Of a stretch of DNA of 64,000 bases, positions 1 to 8,978 are shown piece after piece. The notes beneath the pieces are model-generated. The model was not told where the DNA came from. It ran no database searches and saw nothing but the letters and a program-made list of their open reading frames with translations. Origin of the DNA: a bacterium. Its GTDB lineage: Bacteria; SZUA-182; DTGQ01. How positions within the stretch are numbered: position 1 is the stretch's first letter; each line of letters begins with the position of its first letter. The translations under genes were made by a program, and so were the position numbers. Location: positions 16,737 to 80,736 of the forward strand of contig JBFMGO010000012.1 in assembly GCA_040752695.1 (NCBI GenBank). Direction: 5' to 3'.

Positions 1-89
1 CGCTCGCCTATTTTACTAAAATATATTCTTGATCTTGTATCAGCATCGGCTATCGGTATCAGCTATCAGCATCAGCCGTTTGGAAGGAA

Positions 90-152
90 ATTTGAAAGGA
101 AGTAAAGTAAAAAGTGTGAGACAAATAGATATGAGCCAGCGACGAGCCCGAT
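90..152 (+). repeat. Imperfect direct repeat, copy 1 (copy 2 at about 868-978), flanking the MNT-HEPN module
   Basis: ATTTGAAAGGAA...TGAGACAAATAGATATGAGCCAGCGACGAGCCCGAT versus ATTTGAAAGGAA...TGAGACAAACAGGTATGAGTCAACGACGGGCCCAAT. Confidence 0.7.
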
Positions 153-238
153 ATAAGTCTGAAAGGTATGCGCTCATGTCTGGAAATTGTCATAAGGGAT
201 CGAGATCAGATCCGTCCTTGCCTTGAAGGATCTCAGCC

Positions 239-529
239 ATGGGAATTGACGAACTCCTGAAAGCAAACAGAGAGGAGATCCTGCGCATCGCCGCCAGGCA
301 TGGAGCAAGAAATATTCGTGTCTTTGGCTCCGTTGCGCGGGGCGAAGCTGATGAACACAGCGACATCGATTTTTTAGTTGAAATGGAGCCGGGACGAAGC
401 TTATTCGATATGGGAGGACTGCTCATGGACCTGGAGACTCTACTTCAGCGCCAAGTCGATGTCGTTACGGAGCGCGGCCTTAAAAAACGAATTCGCGACC
501 GTGTATTGCATGAGACCGTGCCTTTATGA
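239..529 (+). CDS. Minimal nucleotidyltransferase antitoxin (MNT/MntA-type)
   Basis: 96 aa with [19 protein letters not shown] (GSx10DxD motif); directly upstream of a HEPN gene. Confidence 0.9.
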   Translation: MGIDELLKANREEILRIAARHGARNIRVFGSVARGEADEHSDIDFLVEMEPGRSLFDMGGLLMDLETLLQRQVDVVTERGLKKRIRDRVLHETVPL

Positions 530-869
530 GAAACCTAAAGAGCGCCTGTGGGATATCCTGGAAGCCATTGCCAACATTGAGCGCTACGCAGTCCTCGGAC
601 GGGACGCTTTCGAAACCGACGAGCTTGTCCAAAACTGGTTTCTTCGGCAGTTACAGATTATCGGCGAAGCAGCGCGGGCGATGCCGCGGGATATCATAGA
701 CCTCTCGCCCCAGATCCCCTATGCAAAAATTATTGGGATGCGGAATATTCTGGTACATGGTTATTTTGAAATTGATACCGAAGTCGTTTGGGGCGCAGTC
801 AAGAACGATATCCCGGCACTGAAGTTACAGATTGAGGACTTGCTCAGGAAGCTGGATCAGAGAACATGA
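510..869 (+). CDS. HEPN/DUF86 toxin (HepT-type RNase); start uncertain, possibly frameshifted
   Basis: RNILVHGY (Rx4HxY) motif; the ATG at 526 overlapping the MNT stop is out of frame and the nearest in-frame ATG is 510. Confidence 0.8.
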   Translation: MRPCLYEKPKERLWDILEAIANIERYAVLGRDAFETDELVQNWFLRQLQIIGEAARAMPRDIIDLSPQIPYAKIIGMRNILVHGYFEIDTEVVWGAVKNDIPALKLQIEDLLRKLDQRT

Positions 870-896
870 TTTGAAAGGAACATAAAAGCAAAAAAT

Positions 897-971
897 ATGG
901 GACAAACAAGCATGAGACAAACCAGTATGAGACAGACAAGCATGAGACAAACAGGTATGAGTCAACGACGG
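897..971 (+). repeat. Five degenerate 15-nt tandem units (ATGAGACAAACAAGC-like) upstream of argH
   Basis: Units start at 897, 912, 927, 942 and 957, each beginning with ATG. Confidence 0.85.
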
Positions 972-979
972 GCCCAATC

Positions 980-2398
980 ATGAGCAGGGAAGAAAAGCCA
1001 CAACAGAAGAAACCCTGGTCAGGCCGGTTTCAGGAGTCCACGCACAAGGCGGTGGAAGCCTTTACCGTGTCCGTAACCTATGATCAGCGTCTTTACCGCT
1101 ACGATATCGAAGGAAGCACGGCCCATTGCCGGATGCTGGAAAAGGTGGGCCTGATCACTCCCGAAGAGTCACAAAAAATCCAGAGTGGCCTTGTCGAAAT
1201 CAGGGCCGAGATCGAGGAGGGGAAATTCCCTTTTCGTACGGAACTGGAAGATATTCACATGAACATTGAGAGCCGCCTTCTGGAAAAGATCGGGCCTGTT
1301 GGCGGAAAGCTGCATACTGCCCGCAGCCGCAACGATCAGGTGCTGCTCGACCTTCGCCTTTACCTGCGCGATGAGATCGGGCAGTTGATCGAGGCAGCCA
1401 CCGGCCTGCAGCGCGTTTTATTGGCAAGGGCCAGCGAGTGGCTGGATCAGAGGATTATTCTGCCAGGCTACACCCATTTGCAGCGGGCTCAGGCTGTCCT
1501 TTTCTCCCATCATCTGCTCGCTTATTTCGAGATGATGCAGCGCGACAAAGAGCGGCTTTCGGATTGCCGCCAAAGGGTGAATGTCTGTCCCCTGGGGGCA
1601 GGTGCTCTGGCTGGCAGCACTCTGCCTATCGATCGTCAGACCGTGGCCGATCTCCTTGACTTTCCGGCTGTTACGCGAAACAGCCTGGACACGGTAAGTG
1701 ACCGGGATTTTTGCGTGGAATTTCTTGCCTGCGCCTCTCTCCTGGTTGCGCACTTCAGCCGCATGAGTGAGGAACTGATCCTGTGGTCCAGTGCGGAGTT
1801 CTCATTTGTGGATCTGCCGGATGCCTTTTGTACGGGAAGCAGCCTGATGCCTCAGAAAAAGAATCCTGATGTGCCGGAGTTGGTCCGGGGAAAGACCGGG
1901 CGGGTTTACGGCCACCTCATGGGTCTTTTGACTTTGCTCAAATCCCTGCCCCTGTCCTATAACCGTGACCTTCAGGAGGATAAAGAGGCCATCTTTGATA
2001 CGGTTGATACCGTCAAAGCAATCTTTTCAGTGATAACACCCTTATGGGAAAATCTGACAGTCAGACCCGAAATCATGCGACAGGCTGCCAGCGACGAAAT
2101 GATGCTCTCCACTGATCTGGCCGATTATCTGGTGCGGAAAGGAGTCCCTTTCCGCGAGGCACATCGCATCATCGGGCAGGCTGTGGCCTATTGTCTGAAG
2201 CAGCACAGGAAATATTCGGAACTCTCCCTGGCTGAGTGGCAGCGGATTTCTCCACTCTTTGCCGGGGATGTGGTTGATCTTCTGAATCCCGAAGCTTCGG
2301 TGGAGGCCAAAAGATCACTGGGCGGCACATCCGGCAGCCGTGTCCGTGATGCGCTGGAGCAGGCGGAAAAGGTGTTGGAGGATGAAAAGCTTGCGTAA
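980..2398 (+). CDS. argH: Argininosuccinate lyase
   Basis: WSGRF, EDIHMNIE, LHTARSRNDQV, PGYTHLQRAQ and GSSLMPQKKNPD signatures. Confidence 0.97.
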   Translation: MSREEKPQQKKPWSGRFQESTHKAVEAFTVSVTYDQRLYRYDIEGSTAHCRMLEKVGLITPEESQKIQSGLVEIRAEIEEGKFPFRTELEDIHMNIESRLLEKIGPVGGKLHTARSRNDQVLLDLRLYLRDEIGQLIEAATGLQRVLLARASEWLDQRIILPGYTHLQRAQAVLFSHHLLAYFEMMQRDKERLSDCRQRVNVCPLGAGALAGSTLPIDRQTVADLLDFPAVTRNSLDTVSDRDFCVEFLACASLLVAHFSRMSEELILWSSAEFSFVDLPDAFCTGSSLMPQKKNPDVPELVRGKTGRVYGHLMGLLTLLKSLPLSYNRDLQEDKEAIFDTVDTVKAIFSVITPLWENLTVRPEIMRQAASDEMMLSTDLADYLVRKGVPFREAHRIIGQAVAYCLKQHRKYSELSLAEWQRISPLFAGDVVDLLNPEASVEAKRSLGGTSGSRVRDALEQAEKVLEDEKLA

Positions 2399-2546
2399 GG
2401 GTAAATCGTGCACCTTCAGATCTATGGTGCTGCTCTTCTTCCTTCTCCTTCTTATTTTTTCTGCTTCCTGCGGTAAGAAAGGGCCGCTTAAGCCCCGGCA
2501 CCCTGCAGCCAGTCCAAATAACGGACAACACACAACTATCGAATAA
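2382..2546 (+). CDS. Small lipoprotein, LptM/YifL/LppL-like
   Basis: Hydrophobic signal followed by SCGKKGPL; located immediately before lysA, the usual position for this family. Confidence 0.75.
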   Translation: MKSLRKGKSCTFRSMVLLFFLLLLIFSASCGKKGPLKPRHPAASPNNGQHTTIE

Positions 2547-2621
2547 CATACAACTATCGAAAAGCCATTCTAACATCGAACGTATTTTATACATCATAAT
2601 AAAACATAAGGTGAGATAATC

Positions 2622-3872
2622 GTGAATTACTTTCAATATGTAAATAATGAATTATACGCCGAAGGAGTATCAATCAGGGAAATTGTCTCTCAGGTAGGGA
2701 CCCCCCTTTATATCTATAGTCAAAAGACCCTGGAGCGGCATTTTAGGGCCTATGATTCCGCTTTTGGTGACATCGATCACCTGATCTGTTTTGCGGTCAA
2801 GGCCAATTCCAGCCTGGCGGTTTTAAACCTTCTGGCCGGACTGGGTGCCGGCGCGGACATTGTTTCCGGGGGCGAGCTCTACCGTGCCCTGAAAGCGGGT
2901 ATCCAGCCCGAGGGGATTGTGTATGCCGGAGTAGGCAAGACGAGACAGGAGATGGAGGCGGCTTTGCGGGCCGGGATTTTGCTGTTTAACGTGGAATCCT
3001 GGTCGGAGCTGGAATTTTTGAACCAGGTAGCAGGGGAACTTGGCCTGGTAGCTCCTGTTGCCTGGCGGGTCAACCCTGATATCGCTGCCGATACTCACCC
3101 CTATATCTCCACGGGCCTTAAGAAGGAAAAATTTGGCCTTGACATTCATCATGCTCTGGAGGAATATAAAAGGGCCAAAGTGTTTAAAAATGTGGAACTT
3201 GCAGGTATTCATGTACACATCGGATCGCAGATCACCCAGGTTTCTCCCTTTGTGGACAGCCTGATAAAGGTCGCAGACCTGATCAAGAAGCTCGATGCGG
3301 AAGGGATCAAAATCCGGTTTATCGACATTGGCGGGGGGCTGGGAATTACCTATAAAGATGAGGTACCTCCCTCACCGCAGGAGTTTTTGCAGGCTATTTC
3401 GCCGGTTATTTCAGGGCTTGGAGTCAGGATTATATCCGAGCCGGGGCGGGTAATTGTCGGTAATGCAGGTATTCTGGTTACGCAGGTGCTGTATGTGAAG
3501 GAGAAGGACGATAAGAATTTCCTGATCGTGGATGCGGGTATGAATGATCTGATCCGGCCCAGTCTTTATAAGGCGTATCATGAGATCCTGCCAGTCAGGA
3601 AAGAGGACCGGCCAAAGGTGGTGGCTGATGTAGTGGGGCCTATCTGTGAATCCGGGGACTTTCTGGCCCGTGACCGCGAACTGTCGGAATTCCGGCCCGG
3701 AGAATTGATGGCCACCATGAGCGCGGGGGCTTACGGGTTTACCATGTCGAGTAATTATAACTCCAGGCCGCGGGTAGCGGAGGTACTGGTCAGGGGGGAT
3801 CAATTCTCCCTCATCCGGGAGCGGGAAACCTACGGGGATTTAACCCGTGGTGAAAAGGTTCCTACCTGGTGA
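2622..3872 (+). CDS. lysA: Diaminopimelate decarboxylase
   Basis: FAVKANS (PLP lysine), HVHIGSQI, DIGGGLG, EPGR, GPICESGD, MSSNYNSRPR. Confidence 0.97.
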   Translation: MNYFQYVNNELYAEGVSIREIVSQVGTPLYIYSQKTLERHFRAYDSAFGDIDHLICFAVKANSSLAVLNLLAGLGAGADIVSGGELYRALKAGIQPEGIVYAGVGKTRQEMEAALRAGILLFNVESWSELEFLNQVAGELGLVAPVAWRVNPDIAADTHPYISTGLKKEKFGLDIHHALEEYKRAKVFKNVELAGIHVHIGSQITQVSPFVDSLIKVADLIKKLDAEGIKIRFIDIGGGLGITYKDEVPPSPQEFLQAISPVISGLGVRIISEPGRVIVGNAGILVTQVLYVKEKDDKNFLIVDAGMNDLIRPSLYKAYHEILPVRKEDRPKVVADVVGPICESGDFLARDRELSEFRPGELMATMSAGAYGFTMSSNYNSRPRVAEVLVRGDQFSLIRERETYGDLTRGEKVPTW

Positions 3873-4732
3873 TGGGACACCATACGGGGCATGTTATGAA
3901 AACAGTACGGTTTTTCAAAATGAGCGCCTGCGGGAACGATTTTATCCTGATAGACAACAGGCGAAATCTTGTGGATGAGTCTCAGGCTTTTGACTTTGTG
4001 CAGAAAGTCTGCCGGAGGCGTATTGCTCTTGGCGCGGATGGGGTGATTTTTCTGCGCAGTTCTCAGGTGGCGGATTTTGGCATGGGATTTTTCAATGCTG
4101 ATGGCGGGGAAGTCGAGATGTGCGGCAATGGTGCCCGTTGCCTGGCCCGCTTTGCCTTCCTGAATGGAGTATGCCCGGAGCGGATGAGCTTCGAGACAAA
4201 AGCCGGCTTGATCGAGGCGGAAGTGACCGGGCAGCAGGTCAAACTGAAAATGGATTACCGCCTCAGCCCTTTGCCTCAATTCCCTTTACTGGTTAATGGA
4301 GAGGAAAAACAGGTGTTTTTCCTGAAGGCGGGAGTCCCCCATGCCGTTTACCTGGTGGAGGATGTAGAGCAGGCGGACGTGATCGGAGTAGGGCGGGCAA
4401 CGAGGTATCATGAGCATTTTCAACCGGATGGCACCAATGCAAACTTTGTCCAGGTGACCGGTCCTCAAAAGATTGCCATCAGGACCTATGAGCGGGGTGT
4501 GGAGGATGAAACCCTGGCCTGCGGCACCGGATCAATTGCTTCTTGCATTATCTGTGCTTCCCTTGGCAGGGTGGTTTCGCCGGTGTCCGTAGTGACCAGA
4601 AGCGGCTGCGTATTGAAGATATATTACGAGAAAGAGGCAAATGGGTTTGGCGGCATCTATTTGCAGGGAGAGGCCCGCGTGGTAGCCGAAGGGAATGCGT
4701 GGCTGGAAGAGTTAAGCATTGGAAAGGAGTAG
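3869..4732 (+). CDS. dapF: Diaminopimelate epimerase (true start probably ATG 3896)
   Basis: GNDF, EMCGNGARC, ERGVEDETLACGTG. Confidence 0.96.
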   Translation: MMGHHTGHVMKTVRFFKMSACGNDFILIDNRRNLVDESQAFDFVQKVCRRRIALGADGVIFLRSSQVADFGMGFFNADGGEVEMCGNGARCLARFAFLNGVCPERMSFETKAGLIEAEVTGQQVKLKMDYRLSPLPQFPLLVNGEEKQVFFLKAGVPHAVYLVEDVEQADVIGVGRATRYHEHFQPDGTNANFVQVTGPQKIAIRTYERGVEDETLACGTGSIASCIICASLGRVVSPVSVVTRSGCVLKIYYEKEANGFGGIYLQGEARVVAEGNAWLEELSIGKE

Positions 4733-4770
4733 CGGACCTGCATCCGGAAGGAAATACCAAAAGAAAATAA

Positions 4771-4982
4771 ATGCTGCGAAAATACACGGCAAAATACACC
4801 AAAACAGAGTCCGGCTACAGGGGGCAACTCGTTGAGAGTGGCCGGAACTCATTACTGAAGGGAAAGACATCGAAGATTGCCGGGCAATGTTACATGATGC
4901 TCTCAACGAGATGATTCTAGCCTACCGGCAACAGGTCAGGGAAATACCATCAGGGAGAAGACAATCAGGAGGAGGTAGATAA
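4771..4982 (+). pseudogene. HicB-family antitoxin, frameshifted and C-terminally shortened
   Basis: MLRKYTAKYTKTESGYRGQLVE, then an extra AG at 4837-4838, then WPELITEGKDIEDCRAMLHDALNEMILAY; no hicA partner seen. Confidence 0.75.
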
Positions 4983-5860
4983 TGTTTCGTGGATCAATGG
5001 TGGCTATAGTAACTCCGTTTTGCAATGGAGCTGTGGATGAAAAAAAATTACAGGAATTGATCGCCTTTCAGATCGAGAAGGGCACGTCGGCCATTGTCCC
5101 TTGTGGCACCACCGGTGAATCAGCCACTCTGACCCATGCCGAGCACAGCCGGGTAGTGGACATTGCCATCGAGGCTGCACGGAAAAGGGTTCCGGTTATC
5201 GCCGGAACAGGCTCGAACAGTACTGAGGAGGCTATCCAGTTAACTCGGCGGGCGAAGGAGTCCGGTGCGGATGCTGCTCTGCTTATTACACCTTATTATA
5301 ACAAGCCTACGCAGGAGGGACTGTATCTGCATTACAAGGCAGTGGCTGAAGCGGTTGACCTTCCCCTTATCCTGTACAATGTACCCGGCCGGACCAGCAT
5401 AAACATGGAGCCGAAAACCGTGGAGAGGCTGGCCCAGATCGAGAATATTGTAGGTATCAAGGAGGCCAGCGGCTCTTTGGCTCAGGTCACCGACATAATT
5501 CAGCGATGCGGAGATAAAATGACTGTCCTGTCCGGTGATGATGCGCTGACTCTGCCCATTTTGGCAGTGGGCGGGAAAGGTGTAATTTCCGTGGCTGCCA
5601 ATATCGTGCCGGACCGGATGGCCGAGTTGGTCGATTCCTTCCTGCAGGGAGACCGGGCAAGGGCTATGGAGTTGAATCTCAATCTCTATCCGCTCTTTCA
5701 GGCGCTCTTCTACGAAACAAATCCGATTCCGGTCAAGACAGCGCTCTTTCTGATGGGGAAGATCGGGGATGAATTCCGGCTGCCGCTCTGCTCCATGTCA
5801 GAATGGAATATGAGCAAATTGAAGGATATTCTCGCCAGATACCAGTTGTTGCCGGAATAG
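4982..5860 (+). CDS. dapA: 4-hydroxy-tetrahydrodipicolinate synthase
   Basis: GTTGES, PYYNKP, YNVPGRT, GIKEAS. Confidence 0.97.
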   Translation: MFRGSMVAIVTPFCNGAVDEKKLQELIAFQIEKGTSAIVPCGTTGESATLTHAEHSRVVDIAIEAARKRVPVIAGTGSNSTEEAIQLTRRAKESGADAALLITPYYNKPTQEGLYLHYKAVAEAVDLPLILYNVPGRTSINMEPKTVERLAQIENIVGIKEASGSLAQVTDIIQRCGDKMTVLSGDDALTLPILAVGGKGVISVAANIVPDRMAELVDSFLQGDRARAMELNLNLYPLFQALFYETNPIPVKTALFLMGKIGDEFRLPLCSMSEWNMSKLKDILARYQLLPE

Positions 5861-5896
5861 GAATAGAATAAAGAGATTATATAAGGAGAAAAAAGA

Positions 5897-6706
5897 ATGG
5901 TCAAAGCTCTGGTCTGCGGTGCGGCAGGCAGAATGGGAAATCTGATTATCAGGGCGATTCAGGACAGTGAGGGGATCGAGCTGGCCGGTGCGCTGGAGCG
6001 ATCGGGGCATGCGTCCCTGGGAGAGGATGCAGGAGTGATAGCTGGTACAGGCGCCCTGGGGGTCAGGATCAGTGATCGATGGGAGGAGATAATCGGTCAG
6101 GCGGACGTGATCGTTGACTTTACCTCTCCCGAATCTACGAAGAACATGGTCCTGGCGGCACAGAAGCATCGGAAAGCTATGGTCATAGGAACAACAGCCC
6201 TGCCGGAAGAGGTGCTTTCAGAGATCCGGAAACTGGCTGATACTGCTCCTGTAGTCCAGTCCCCGAACATGAGCGTAGGCGTGAATTTATTATTTACGGT
6301 GCTGCCTCAGGTTGCTCAGATTCTGGGAGAAAGTTACGATATAGAGATAGTCGAGGCGCACCACCGGTTAAAGAAAGATGCCCCGAGCGGCACGGCCATG
6401 AAGATGGCGCAAGGATTGGCCAGTGCGAGGAACCTCGATCTTGACCAGGCCGCCCGCTATGGACGGGAGGGGTTGCCTGGTGAGCGGTCTCGCGGGGAAA
6501 TCGGCATTCATGCCGTGCGGGGCGGCGATATCGTAGGAGAGCATACGGTGATCTTTGCCGGTGATGGCGAGCGGATCGAAATCACACACAGGGCGCACAG
6601 CCGAGGTACTTTTGCCTACGGCGCAGTCAGGGCTGCCCTGTTTGTGAGTGGCAAGCCCGCAGGGTTGTACGACATGAAGGATGTCCTGTCCCTTGCCCAG
6701 AGATAG
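5897..6706 (+). CDS. dapB: 4-hydroxy-tetrahydrodipicolinate reductase
   Basis: GAAGRMG, PNMSVG, EAHHRLKKDAPSGTA. Confidence 0.97.
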   Translation: MVKALVCGAAGRMGNLIIRAIQDSEGIELAGALERSGHASLGEDAGVIAGTGALGVRISDRWEEIIGQADVIVDFTSPESTKNMVLAAQKHRKAMVIGTTALPEEVLSEIRKLADTAPVVQSPNMSVGVNLLFTVLPQVAQILGESYDIEIVEAHHRLKKDAPSGTAMKMAQGLASARNLDLDQAARYGREGLPGERSRGEIGIHAVRGGDIVGEHTVIFAGDGERIEITHRAHSRGTFAYGAVRAALFVSGKPAGLYDMKDVLSLAQR

Positions 6707-6789
6707 CTTAGAGGAACGGCAAGCAGGGAGTAAAGCCAGGGAACAGCGGAAAAAAAGACATTGATAAAAACAATGAGAAAGTCATCACC

Positions 6790-7599
6790 ATGATCAGACA
6801 GTTCGTACGGTTTGCAGCCGGAGATTTCGAAGGATATGGTTTTTTGGAGGAAGAGGGAAAGATCAGGGCCATAGAGGGAGACATCTATAGTGACACCTAC
6901 GGCGATATCTTGAGCGATGCCCATATCACTGACCTTCGGTATGACCCGGAGCGCGATCAGGTCAGGATTTTGCCTCCCTGCAGGCCATCAAAAATCGTGG
7001 CTGTAGGGCTTAATTACCGTGACCATGCCCGTGAGCTGCATCTGCCTGAGCCGCAAGAGCCCCTGATTTTTTTAAAACCCCCAAGCGCGGTTATTGGCCA
7101 TGAAGAGGCGATTATGTATCCTTGGATGTCTCGTCAGGTGGAATACGAGGGGGAATTAGGGATCATCATGGGCAGAAAAGCCAAGGGGATTGCGGCCGAA
7201 GAGACTGCCGGGTATATTTTGGGCTATACCTGTGTCAATGACATTACGGCCCGTGACCTGCAAAAAAAAGACGGGCAGTGGACCAGGGCCAAGTCCTTCG
7301 ATACCTTTGCAGCCATCGGTCCCTGTCTGGCTGTAAGGCTTGCTGCTGAGAGTCTCATCATCCGCTCTCGCCTGAATGGCCAGCTTCGGCAGTCATCGAA
7401 TACGAACCAGTTGATTTTTTCTCCTGCATTTTTAGTAAGCTTCATTTCCCAGATCATGACCCTGTTTCCCGGCGACGTTATCTCTACCGGCACTCCGGCT
7501 GGTGTAGGTCCGCTCCAGCCAGGGGATGTGGTGGAAGTGGAGATTGAAGGCATTGGAACGCTGCGAAACCGTGTCGTGGCAGGGCAGCCGGAAGGATAA
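6790..7599 (+). CDS. Fumarylacetoacetate hydrolase family protein
   Basis: VGLNYRDH, FLKP, EYEGEL, NDITARD, KSFDTF, GDVISTGTPAGV. Confidence 0.92.
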   Translation: MIRQFVRFAAGDFEGYGFLEEEGKIRAIEGDIYSDTYGDILSDAHITDLRYDPERDQVRILPPCRPSKIVAVGLNYRDHARELHLPEPQEPLIFLKPPSAVIGHEEAIMYPWMSRQVEYEGELGIIMGRKAKGIAAEETAGYILGYTCVNDITARDLQKKDGQWTRAKSFDTFAAIGPCLAVRLAAESLIIRSRLNGQLRQSSNTNQLIFSPAFLVSFISQIMTLFPGDVISTGTPAGVGPLQPGDVVEVEIEGIGTLRNRVVAGQPEG

Positions 7600-7650
7600 G
7601 AAAGAAGGGAGTTAGGTTCTTTTATCATTATCACAAAGGAAATACTTTTT

Positions 7651-8721
7651 ATGGAAATACTCTTTATGGAAAGGATAGAACGCATGAAGACCGATTTCAT
7701 TCCAAAATGCCGGGCCACGGGTATAGGCAGCTTGCCTCATACTGAGGCCAAAGAGGCATGTGAGCTTGTGCTCCAGACCTTACCGGAGATTCCCTTCTGG
7801 CCCCAGCTTCCTAAAAGAAGTGCCAGGGAGAATATGTACTGGCAATACAGCGAGAATTTACCCGGCCTTGGCTTCGAGGGTGATCGGATGTTCATTCATA
7901 CTCCGGAGGACTTTTCAGCCATTGAAAAGTTCTATGAACATTTCCTTTCCGAAGATCTCGATTATTTCTCTATCAGTCAGGCTCACGCCGAAGGGTTCTA
8001 TCAGCTTGAGGAATACTCAAGCCGCATCCAGAAAGCCTGGGCGCTCAAAGGCCAGATTACCGGTCCGATCAGCTTCACTTTACAGGTTACTGACGAAAAT
8101 CGCAGGCCCTTGCTTTACAACGACGAGTTGAAGGATATGGCCATTAAGAACCTCGTTGCCAAGGCCAATTGGCAAAAAGGGATTCTTCGCGCGATGAATC
8201 CAAGGGTCATCATCTTTTTGGATGAGCCCTATTTAAGTGCCTTCGGATCAGCGTTCACCAGTCTCAGCCGGGAGCAGGCGATTGAGGCCCTCGAGGAAGT
8301 CCTGGGAGGGATTGATGCCATTACCGGTATCCATTGCTGTGGAAATACCGACTGGTCCTTATTATTGGAGACCTCGGTCGATATTCTCTCCTTTGATGCC
8401 TATGAGCATGCGTCCAATGTATTTCTCTACGAAAGCCAGTTGAAGAAATACCTGGAGGCAGGGGGGACCATTGCCTGGGGGATCGTGCCTACGGATGAGC
8501 AGCTTCTCAAAGCCGTTGCCGTAAAAGACTTATGGGAAAAACTGGAGAAAATCTGGCTGGATCTGGCCGGGCGAGGCGTTGATCTTGCGCAAATCGCTTC
8601 TGCCTCTCTCATTACCCCTGCCTGCGGACTTGGTACGGTGCACAAGGATATGGCAGCCAGGGCACTGACCCTGGCCGGGGATCTTTCGCAAATGCTCAGG
8701 GAAAAGTATCAGTTAGCCTAG
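7651..8721 (+). CDS. Cobalamin-independent methionine synthase-like single-barrel protein (MetE C-terminal-like)
   Basis: GIGSLPH, KGQITGP, DEPYL, IHCCG and ITPACGLG (putative Zn ligands HxC...C). Confidence 0.7.
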   Translation: MEILFMERIERMKTDFIPKCRATGIGSLPHTEAKEACELVLQTLPEIPFWPQLPKRSARENMYWQYSENLPGLGFEGDRMFIHTPEDFSAIEKFYEHFLSEDLDYFSISQAHAEGFYQLEEYSSRIQKAWALKGQITGPISFTLQVTDENRRPLLYNDELKDMAIKNLVAKANWQKGILRAMNPRVIIFLDEPYLSAFGSAFTSLSREQAIEALEEVLGGIDAITGIHCCGNTDWSLLLETSVDILSFDAYEHASNVFLYESQLKKYLEAGGTIAWGIVPTDEQLLKAVAVKDLWEKLEKIWLDLAGRGVDLAQIASASLITPACGLGTVHKDMAARALTLAGDLSQMLREKYQLA

Positions 8722-8856
8722 AGCAACCGTCACATCCTTTCAGCATTACCTTTTCGATGCACCAAAATAAACCAGAAAAAATCGATCTCTCCCTTCATCC
8801 TCCTGGAGATGACTAATTATCCTTTATAAATTCAAGTCATTCTCCGGGAGGCGTCT

Positions 8857-8871
8857 TGGCATTAAACTTGC
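8857..8871 (+). promoter_or_regulatory. Sigma-54 (-24/-12) promoter
   Basis: TGGCATTAAACTTGC (GG-N10-GC), about 110 nt upstream of the peptidase gene. Confidence 0.65.
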
Positions 8872-8978
8872 TTGCCTCATCTAAATGACAAGGCCGACAA
8901 TTCCTATCTCGTCATAGTGTTTTTTCAGTTCATCGATGTAAGTCATGAAGATCCTTACAGATCCGGAGGTGGCAGATT

